32,000 nucleotides of DNA, from assembly GCF_000175255.2 (NCBI RefSeq), contig NC_017262.1, positions 720,001 through 752,000 on the forward strand. Direction: 5' to 3'. The position numbers were made by a program, and so were the translations under genes. Positions 17,213 through 26,833 of this stretch are shown piece by piece. Numbering within the stretch: the first letter of the stretch is position 1; every line of letters starts with the position of its first letter. This stretch comes from Zymomonas mobilis subsp. mobilis ATCC 10988. GTDB lineage: Bacteria; Pseudomonadota; Alphaproteobacteria; Sphingomonadales; Sphingomonadaceae. The notes beneath the pieces were generated by a model. It saw only the letters and a program-made list of their open reading frames with translations, searched no databases and was not told the origin of the DNA.

Positions 17213-20200
17213 ATGATAAATTTAAGACGGATTATAACCCGTTTTTTTCTAGCGAGTTGTGTTTTCTACCCACATGCTTTGCATGCAACTGAAATACCGC
17301 TCGATATTATCAATGAAGTAGAAGACGGATTTTCTTTTACCCGCTTAGGCATCAATGCCGGTGTTAATAACGGAGACCCAAAAGAATATCTTTTCGATAC
17401 CGGCTCGGATTCCTTTAATATTGCAGTCGGCATGAATAACAGTGGCACGATGCCCAGCTGGTTTCCACAAACCGGTACCGCCGTATCCAGTCCTTACGGC
17501 TATATGTATGGCGATGGCACTTATGGCTATCTGCAATCCGATACATCGGTTTCAAATATCCAATTTTATAACAGCACAACAGGCAGCAAAATAGCCAATT
17601 ATGACACCTCAGCAGGTCTAGGTGTCGCTCTTATTCAAGCCTCTATTGCTACCGAGAACCGATTAAATCCTAACGACATCGGGCAACAGATTTCACCCGA
17701 CACGGCAGGATTGGATCCTTCACAGGCCTATTATCAAGATTTGTCATGGCAACAATCACTGGACGCTGGGAAAGCGCCTGATGAAAATCATTTCTATGGG
17801 ATTATGGGTGCTGGTGATTTCATTTATCGCGGTGATAATGGTGGCGTTCCCGGCCAACTTACAAAAAGCGGCTATATTGTCGAAGCCAATGGCACCACAA
17901 CAACCCCGGGGGATTGCGGAGCAAGCTGTCTTATCGTTGGATTAACACCTGCCTTAAGAGCGCAATTCTTCACCCAAGTGCCTTGGCGGGGCATCATCGG
18001 CAGCTTTCCGTTATCGGGAGCCAACGCCGGACGGCAATTTGATGCAATGTTCCAATATGCGCTTGATAACGGACAAAATACCAAAGGGATGCCGACCCTG
18101 CTGGATTCCGGAACACCAATGATTATCGTCGGCTCAAATGATTTACTGGGTCAGGCGATTGATGCAGGCGCAACAGGCAGCGATGGCTATATCAACGATG
18201 TTGACCCCGGTCATATATTAAACATTACCGGCAATGTCCCGAATGGTCAGACAGTTTCGGTTGTCACCGGTGATGGTTCCCAAGGCGATCAAACCAATGT
18301 CCTCACATTGGGCAGCAATATCTACACACCCAAGAATTACACCTTGGAAGGCGTTTCTTTCTTCTTACAAAATGCCGTGATGTATGATCTGGAAAATGCC
18401 GTAACAGGCTATACGCCTTTTTACGTATCGGATTATAATTTCACCAATGGGCTAGATGTCTCTTCTGACATGGGGGCATTGGGACTGGCCGGGGTCATCT
18501 CTGGCAGTAAAGATGTGAATATCCATGAGGGCGGTATCGCCTATCTGACCAATAACAACAGCTATACCGGTGCCACCAATATCGCTGAAAAAGGCTGGTT
18601 AGGTATTGGCGGTACGGGCAGCATATCCCAATCGGCGGTTGTTAATGTCGCGGGAAGTTTCGATATCGCTCATTCTGAAACCGGACAGAATATCCGCTCT
18701 TTATCTGGCAGCGGACAAGTCGTCTTAGGCGATAACACCCTATTGCTTAGTCAGGCACAAGATACCTTCTCCGGTTCTATTCGCGATGATTATGCCGAAG
18801 GCTCAACCCGTGCCGCGATGGTGCCGGTGCCTATTTTAACAGGCGGCGAAAACCAGACTCATGGTGGTGTTATCATTGGCGGCGGCCAAGAAATCTTCTC
18901 CGGCAATAACAGCTACAGCGGAAAAACCGGCGTGGCAGCGGCTGCCCAACTCATCTTGACAGGAAGATTGGACAAATCGCAGGTAGAAAATGCAGGCCGT
19001 TTTGAAAATAACGGCGAAACAACAGCCATTGTCAATTCAACCGGCATTGTCAGTGGTAACGGGCTTTTTGCTGGCGGTTTGACTGTAAAGCAAGGGATTG
19101 TCACACCGGGTGCCGTGCTCAACAATGGCGGCGGCAATATGCATGTTTCACACAATTTAGTGTTGGATAGTGCCGCGACCTATCTCACCCAAATAGGCAG
19201 CAATAGCGCCAGTATGATTGCTGTAGAGGGCAAGGCCGAAATCAATAACGCCACTCTTGTCAGCTTAGCCACTTCCGAAGCGGGGCGACCAAAATTAGGA
19301 CAAAATTATACGATTTTGACCGCCTCGGACGGCATATCCGGTCAATTTGGAGCTGTCAAAAGCGACCTGACTGGCAATGCCCTTTACCCCTTCCTGACAA
19401 CCGGCGTTGATTACCAGAGCAATATTGTCTCTCTTGAAATCGAACGAAGCAATATCGCTTTTACGAATGCCGCCCAAAGCCGAAATGAACGAAATGTTGC
19501 AACAGTACTTGATGCGATGTCCCCGACTTCCAGCTTGGCTCTACCGGTAACGCTACTTGATTTTGCAGCGGCACGGAATGCTTTCAATAGCCTGTCTGGT
19601 GAAATTCACGCCTCGGCAAGAACAGCGCTTATTCAAAATGCCACCGAGATCAGGGATATGGCCATCAACCGGATGCGGGCAGCCGACTGTATTCCTGGGG
19701 CATCCACTGAAAAAACTGCCAATCGGGATGGCCAATCTACAGGAGCGACCTGCGACAGCGATCAAGGCCAAACACTTTGGATGCAATCCTACGGCAATTG
19801 GAGCCATAACAGCCACAGCGCCAATGCCGCTGGAATGAGTAATTCCGTCGGCGGCTTTGTTCTCGGTGGTGAAACCTCGCTTATCCCGAATTGGCATATC
19901 GGTGGCTTGGTTGGCTACGGTCATTCCGGCTTTTCTGTCTCCGAACGGGCTTCATCCGGCCACAGCAATAACGTTACCTTGGGTGGCTATGCCAATACTC
20001 ATTGGGATCGTCTTGGCTTAAGAATGGGCGCAACCTACACATGGGATAGATTAGCAACCCGTCGGAAAGTGCTTTACGCTGATTTTACCGATCAACAAAG
20101 CAGTCGCTATAATGGCGGCACCGTGCAGGCCTTTGCGGATATCGGCTATCGCTTTGACATTGGTCGGGTCATGGTCGAACCTTTTGGAAATGCCGCCTAT

Positions 20201-20593
20201 ATCAACCAGCATACCAATGCTTTCCGTGAATCAGGCGGCGCAGCGGCGCTCTCTGGCCATGCTTTAAGCAGCAATATGGCCTATGCGACTTTCGGTTCCC
20301 GACTGGCTTCCCGCGTAACGCTTGGGAAATCGACTGTCCTGACACCCAATGCCACAATCGGTTATCGCCATGCCTTCGGGACAATCACATCTTCCATCAA
20401 AGAAAATTTTCTTAATCAAACGGCGGACTTCAATGTTTCGGGTGTGCCTTTGGCTGAAAATTCGGCGATGGTCAGCGTCGGCCTACAAGCCCAAGTCAAA
20501 AATCGCCTACAGCTAGGCCTTAGCTATAGCGGCCAATATAGCGCGCATTATTCTTCAAGCGGCCTCAAAGGTAATATTTCATGGATCTTCTGA
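17213..20593 (+). CDS. autotransporter outer-membrane protein with a pepsin-like (A1 aspartic protease-like) passenger domain
   Basis: A strong GGGGGGAG Shine-Dalgarno precedes the start, and there is a signal peptide (...YPHALHA|TEIP). Residues ~30-410 carry the DTGS and DSGT motifs plus flap and C-terminal A1 motifs. Residues ~430-830 hold PATR-type repeats (NNSYTGATNI, NNSYSGKTGV). The C-terminal ~280 aa look like a beta-barrel translocator ending ...GNISWIF. Confidence 0.9.
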   Translation: MINLRRIITRFFLASCVFYPHALHATEIPLDIINEVEDGFSFTRLGINAGVNNGDPKEYLFDTGSDSFNIAVGMNNSGTMPSWFPQTGTAVSSPYGYMYGDGTYGYLQSDTSVSNIQFYNSTTGSKIANYDTSAGLGVALIQASIATENRLNPNDIGQQISPDTAGLDPSQAYYQDLSWQQSLDAGKAPDENHFYGIMGAGDFIYRGDNGGVPGQLTKSGYIVEANGTTTTPGDCGASCLIVGLTPALRAQFFTQVPWRGIIGSFPLSGANAGRQFDAMFQYALDNGQNTKGMPTLLDSGTPMIIVGSNDLLGQAIDAGATGSDGYINDVDPGHILNITGNVPNGQTVSVVTGDGSQGDQTNVLTLGSNIYTPKNYTLEGVSFFLQNAVMYDLENAVTGYTPFYVSDYNFTNGLDVSSDMGALGLAGVISGSKDVNIHEGGIAYLTNNNSYTGATNIAEKGWLGIGGTGSISQSAVVNVAGSFDIAHSETGQNIRSLSGSGQVVLGDNTLLLSQAQDTFSGSIRDDYAEGSTRAAMVPVPILTGGENQTHGGVIIGGGQEIFSGNNSYSGKTGVAAAAQLILTGRLDKSQVENAGRFENNGETTAIVNSTGIVSGNGLFAGGLTVKQGIVTPGAVLNNGGGNMHVSHNLVLDSAATYLTQIGSNSASMIAVEGKAEINNATLVSLATSEAGRPKLGQNYTILTASDGISGQFGAVKSDLTGNALYPFLTTGVDYQSNIVSLEIERSNIAFTNAAQSRNERNVATVLDAMSPTSSLALPVTLLDFAAARNAFNSLSGEIHASARTALIQNATEIRDMAINRMRAADCIPGASTEKTANRDGQSTGATCDSDQGQTLWMQSYGNWSHNSHSANAAGMSNSVGGFVLGGETSLIPNWHIGGLVGYGHSGFSVSERASSGHSNNVTLGGYANTHWDRLGLRMGATYTWDRLATRRKVLYADFTDQQSSRYNGGTVQAFADIGYRFDIGRVMVEPFGNAAYINQHTNAFRESGGAAALSGHALSSNMAYATFGSRLASRVTLGKSTVLTPNATIGYRHAFGTITSSIKENFLNQTADFNVSGVPLAENSAMVSVGLQAQVKNRLQLGLSYSGQYSAHYSSSGLKGNISWIF

Positions 20594-20636
20594 TTCAATC
20601 ATTTTTCTCCGACCAAACTTCCTCGTAATCTCTTCA

Positions 20637-20669
20637 AGGCGTTACCTTCAAAAGTAACGCCTTTTTTTT
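20637..20669 (+). terminator. Rho-independent terminator of the autotransporter gene
   Basis: A 9-bp stem AGGCGTTAC/GTAACGCCT (20637-20645 and 20654-20662) with an 8-nt loop is followed by a T8 run. Confidence 0.8.
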
Positions 20670-20739
20670 CAAAAAAGAAAATACCCAAACAAAGGACAGG
20701 TGGTTCAAAAAGACACATCCTTCACGTCAATGAAGAAAT

Positions 20740-20761
20740 AAGGCCAAAAACTGGCCTTTTT
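20740..20761 (+). terminator. second terminator-like hairpin upstream of rplU
   Basis: A 7-bp stem AAGGCCA/TGGCCTT with a 5-nt loop is followed by a T-run (TTTTT). Confidence 0.45.
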
Positions 20762-20896
20762 CGGCTGATAGCCGATTCAACATATTGACTCACGACTCAC
20801 TTTAGACTAGCAGAGCACACTTAAACCGGCATGTGTGGGTTAACCACGCATGATCCGATCTGTTTATTTCATGCCTTTGAAGAAGTGATAAAAGCC

Positions 20897-21205
20897 ATGT
20901 TCGCTATCGTGCGCACCGGCGGGAAGCAATACCGCGTCGCCGCTGGAGACAAAATTGTTGTCGAAAAAATCGCCGGCGAGGCGGGAACGACAGTTTCGCT
21001 TGAAGATGTCCTGCTTGCCGGTGAGGGTGCTGATCTCCAGCCCGTCAAAGGTTTGACGGTTTCAGCCGAGATCATTGCTCAGGCTAAGGCGGAAAAAGTC
21101 ATCGTCTTCAAGAAACGTCGCCGCCATAACTACCGTCGCCGTAACGGCCACCGTCAGCAGCATACAATCCTCAAGATTGTATCAGTCGGTAACGCCGCTG
21201 CTTAA
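20897..21205 (+). CDS. rplU: 50S ribosomal protein L21
   Basis: It has the canonical L21 N-terminus, [14 protein letters not shown], from the ATG at 20897. The ORF-track start at 20831 adds 22 non-homologous residues. Confidence 0.95.
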   Translation: MFAIVRTGGKQYRVAAGDKIVVEKIAGEAGTTVSLEDVLLAGEGADLQPVKGLTVSAEIIAQAKAEKVIVFKKRRRHNYRRRNGHRQQHTILKIVSVGNAAA

Positions 21206-21337
21206 TATTGGATTTCATTTTTTCTGAAACTTTTTCCGGCACTATGCGTATTCTACCCATCAGTGCCAGAATGTTCAGAATTTTAACCGGCAAAGTCGTT
21301 ACTTTTTAAAAGTCGGCTTTTCTAGGGAGATTACATA

Positions 21338-21607
21338 ATGGCACATAAGAAAGCAGGCGGTTCATCGCGTAACGGCCGCGATTCAGCTGGTCGTCGCCTT
21401 GGTGTTAAAAAATTTGGTGGTGAAAGCGTTATTGGCGGTAACATTATTATTCGCCAGCGCGGTACCAAAGTTTACGCCGGTCGCAATGTAGGTATGGGCA
21501 AAGACCATACTTTATTTGCAACAGCCGAAGGCCGTGTCGTTTTCCATAAAGGAAAACTCGGACGCAGCTATGTCAGCGTCGATGCCTTGCCATTGGCAGC
21601 TGAATAA
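21338..21607 (+). CDS. rpmA: 50S ribosomal protein L27
   Basis: [16 protein letters not shown]...[11 protein letters not shown] is unmistakably L27. A GGGAGA Shine-Dalgarno lies upstream. Confidence 0.97.
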   Translation: MAHKKAGGSSRNGRDSAGRRLGVKKFGGESVIGGNIIIRQRGTKVYAGRNVGMGKDHTLFATAEGRVVFHKGKLGRSYVSVDALPLAAE

Positions 21608-21676
21608 CGGATGATCCGTTGGGTCGTCCGTCAAAGGGCGACCCGATTATGACTGTTGAAAAGCAGTCACAAAAGG

Positions 21677-21708
21677 GAGCAGCCTTCTAAAAGGCCGCTC
21701 TTTTTTTT
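21677..21708 (+). terminator. Rho-independent terminator of rplU-rpmA
   Basis: A 10-bp stem GAGCAGCCTT/AAGGCCGCTC with one mismatch and a 4-nt loop is followed by a T8 run. Confidence 0.8.
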
Positions 21709-21799
21709 GATCGGTTAGTCGCTCATATAATTCGTCTTTTGTCATGATACTGTCTTTTAAGGCAGCTACAAACGGGGGGCGATCAAGGAGCTTAAACCG

Positions 21800-22408
21800 A
21801 TGTTCGCTTATAGCGCACGTTTATTTTTGAGGCCGCTTTGGTCAGATGACCTCGGCGTTTTACTCGATCTGCTGGATACTGCCTCATCACGCAGCGGATT
21901 ACTCGACTCTCCGGATAACGATGTAACCTGTTATTTACGGGATAACGCCGCACGGCTTATTCACGAAAATGACGTTACCCGCCCCCATTCCGGCATTTTT
22001 TTGCGGGATGGGAAAGAACCCCGCCTTATCGGCATCACTGCCCTTGCGGGAAAAGAAGCGCATTTCTTCTGCTGGATTGCCCCCGCTTTTCGGGGACAGG
22101 GCTTTGCCACCGAAGCCAGCCGACTGATGCTTCATTTCGCGGATGAGGCTTTGCGCCTTCCGTCACTGACGGCAGCCTACGATCACGCAGATGCTGCGGC
22201 TGAAAAATTGCTGACCAAGCTCGGCTTTTCTGAAAAACAGAAAACGCCGCCAACGGCTGCTTGGGGTGCTGCCAATACATCGGTATCTTTTTTACCAGAA
22301 AATTTTATCAAGGAAGAACGCGTCAGGGTCTTTTCCTCCTGTCAGCCATCTCCTCAACACAGTAAATCACAGACTATTTCAAACAGAAGCGCGACACTAG
22401 CTGCGTAA
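21800..22408 (+). CDS. GNAT family N-acetyltransferase (RimJ/RimL-like)
   Basis: 202 aa with a GNAT core (FFCWIAPAFRGQGFATEASRLMLHFA). AAGGAG Shine-Dalgarno upstream. Its position between rpmA and obg is common in alphaproteobacteria. Confidence 0.8.
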   Translation: MFAYSARLFLRPLWSDDLGVLLDLLDTASSRSGLLDSPDNDVTCYLRDNAARLIHENDVTRPHSGIFLRDGKEPRLIGITALAGKEAHFFCWIAPAFRGQGFATEASRLMLHFADEALRLPSLTAAYDHADAAAEKLLTKLGFSEKQKTPPTAAWGAANTSVSFLPENFIKEERVRVFSSCQPSPQHSKSQTISNRSATLAA

Positions 22409-22466
22409 TATGATAACGGGGATATTATTGATGAAATGATATCCCCTGCTATCATCAGGCTTTTAA

Positions 22467-24717
<2,251 letters not shown>

Positions 24718-24721
<4 letters not shown>

Positions 24722-25641
24722 AAATTGCACTGACGGGGGGAACAGGTTTTATTGGCGGCCACGTCTTCGACAATACCGCAGGTCGCGGTATTGGTATCAA
24801 GGCTTTGACCCGACGACCACAACCCGCAAGACCGGGGGTAGAGTGGATTCGTGGTAGCCTTGAAGATGAAGACAGCCTCAAAAAACTGGTTTCATCCTGT
24901 CAGGCCGTTATTCACATGGCTGGGGCTGTCAAAGCCGAAAACAGGGAAGCCTTCGCGCATATCAATCTGACCGGCACAGAAAAACTTCTCGCAGCCACCA
25001 AGGCCGCCGGAATAAAACGCTTTATTCATGTCTCATCTTTGGCGGCCAGAGAAGCCGAACTCTCGGATTATGGCTGGTCAAAAGCCCAATCAGAAGAAAA
25101 GGTAAGATCCTCTGGGCTTGACTGGACGATTATCCGACCACCTGCCGTTTACGGTTCAGGGGATCGGGAAATGCTCGAGATGTTTAGAATGGCGGTCATG
25201 GGATTGATGATTATGCCGCCCAAAGGCAGGTTATCCCTGATTGCTGCCGATGACCTTTCGCGCCTTATCCTGACATTAGTCGATCGAGATATCAGCCAGC
25301 CAAGCTATCACCAACTTTATGAAGTTGATGACGGCCGCCCCGAAGGCTGGAGCCAAAATGAATTCGCCCAAGCCTTGGGACATGCCGTTGGGCGCCCTTC
25401 TATAAAGGTCGTCCATCTTCCTAAAAAATTGCTATCTTTTGCCTCCAAAGCAGAAGGCTGGCTGCATGGAAATCAAGCGCGGCTAACACAAGATCGCGTC
25501 CGTTATTTCTGCCATCCTGATTGGGTCATCAATCCGACTTTGAGACCCCCTACTACCCTTTGGGAGCCTCAAATCCCACTTGAAGAAGGATTGAACCAAA
25601 CCGCTATCTGGTATCGCTCCCGTGGTTGGCTCAAAAGATAG
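24718..25641 (+). CDS. NAD(P)-dependent SDR (epimerase/dehydratase-type, extended SDR)
   Basis: It has the Rossmann motif MKIALTGGTGFIGG and the catalytic YGWSK (YxxxK). Its start overlaps the proB stop (ATGA at 24718-24721). Confidence 0.85.
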
Positions 25642-25644
25642 CAG

Positions 25645-26292
25645 TTAGCAAACAGATAAAGATCGTAATTCCTTCAAAGCCATACGGATACTGACCCAAG
25701 CCCCCTGCAAAGCTAATAAAGCCATAATAAAGGCAACGGAATAGTCAGGCCAGCCTTTCACCCAATGAAACACGCCAAAGGCCGCTAATAAAACAGCACA
25801 ATTACCGATCACATCATTCCGCGAACAAATCCACGCAGAATGCATATTGGCGTCCTCTGATCTGAACCGCCATAATAATAAAAATGAAACGACATTAACT
25901 AACAAGGCAACCGAACCGACAATACCCATGGTCGTCGCTTCTGGGACAATAGCATGCGCTATATGCCAAAGGGTAATAGCCAAGACCCATGCGCCTAACA
26001 GCCCCATAGTAGCGCCTTTTAGAACCGCCGCCCACGCGGTTACCCGCAGCGAATACCCTATAACCAGCAAACTAATGGCATAGTTAAGGGCATCCCCTAA
26101 AAAATCCAAAGCATCCCCTTGCAAAGAAGCCGATTTTGAAAAAAATCCGGTAGCAATCTCGGCTAAAAACATCATGCTATTAAGAATAAAAACAACCCAT
26201 AAGGCCTTTTTATATCCCTCGGGTATAGCTTTCTTTGTTGAAAAATCAGGCTCGCAACAACATTTCCTACCCATCATATCTGCTCGTGTCAT
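25645..26292 (-). CDS. short cation-diffusion-facilitator-like metal transporter (membrane domain only)
   Basis: 215 aa with about 5-6 TM segments. It has CDF-like polar motifs in the TM helices (DALDFLGDALNY; HSAWICSRNDVIGN) and a Cys cluster at the N-terminus (KCCCEPD). There is no ~90-aa cytoplasmic C-terminal domain. It is divergent from a MerR-family gene. Confidence 0.7.
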   Translation of the reverse strand: MTRADMMGRKCCCEPDFSTKKAIPEGYKKALWVVFILNSMMFLAEIATGFFSKSASLQGDALDFLGDALNYAISLLVIGYSLRVTAWAAVLKGATMGLLGAWVLAITLWHIAHAIVPEATTMGIVGSVALLVNVVSFLLLWRFRSEDANMHSAWICSRNDVIGNCAVLLAAFGVFHWVKGWPDYSVAFIMALLALQGAWVSIRMALKELRSLSVC

Positions 26293-26319
26293 GAGGAATC
26301 AAGACAGCTAAAATGCAGT

Positions 26320-26340
26320 CTATAGTTACTATAGGGTCAA
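26320..26340. promoter_or_regulatory. MerR-type operator/promoter: 15-bp palindrome abutting a -35 box
   Basis: CTATAGT-T-ACTATAG (26320-26334) is a perfect 7-1-7 inverted repeat. On the minus strand it lies immediately downstream of TTGACC (26340-26335). With a 19-bp spacer, the -10 candidate is CATTTT. This is the classic MerR-family overlong-spacer layout, reading toward the CDF gene. Confidence 0.6.
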
Positions 26341-26343
26341 GCG

Positions 26344-26775
26344 ATGAATACGGATTATTTCACGATCGGCAAATTAGCCAAAGAGACTGATACCAAAGTC
26401 GTTACGATCCGCTATTACGAATCTATTGGGCTGCTCCCTGCCCCGCTTCGCACAGGCCATAATTATAGACTTTATAACCGCGACCATTTTAAGAGATTAT
26501 CTTTCATTCGCCGCTGCCGGTCATTGGGCTTCCCATTATCTCAAATTCGCGAGATTATCGCATTGACCGACCAACCCGATGAGGATTGTCAAAAAGTCGA
26601 TAAAATCGCGCGCGGCCATTTAGATATCATCGAATCCAAAATTCAGGATTTAACCCAGCTCGCTTCCGAACTCAGGCAAAAAATAACCGCCTGTCAGGGC
26701 GGGACAATAGCACAATGCTGTATTCTCAAAAATTTATCAAAGCAGAATAAAACGCCCATAGAATCAACCTCATAA
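26344..26775 (+). CDS. MerR family metal-responsive transcriptional regulator (ZntR/CadR-like)
   Basis: It has an N-terminal wHTH (FTIGKLAKETDTKVVTIRYYESIGLL), a coiled-coil dimerisation helix, and Cys at positions 82, 117 and 125/126. This matches the Cys79/114/124-type pattern of ZntR/CadR. Confidence 0.9.
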   Translation: MNTDYFTIGKLAKETDTKVVTIRYYESIGLLPAPLRTGHNYRLYNRDHFKRLSFIRRCRSLGFPLSQIREIIALTDQPDEDCQKVDKIARGHLDIIESKIQDLTQLASELRQKITACQGGTIAQCCILKNLSKQNKTPIESTS

Positions 26776-26805
26776 AAAAAACGGGTCGGTGATAAAACCG
26801 ACCCG
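26774..26805 (-). terminator. Rho-independent terminator of the MCP gene (possibly also stops merR readthrough)
   Basis: A 9-bp stem CGGGTCGGT/ACCGACCCG (26782-26790 and 26797-26805) with a 6-nt loop. The A8 run at 26774-26781 gives a U-tract on the minus strand, 29 nt after the MCP stop. Confidence 0.7.
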
Positions 26806-26833
26806 CTTGAGGATTAAGCGCTTTTTATTGGAA

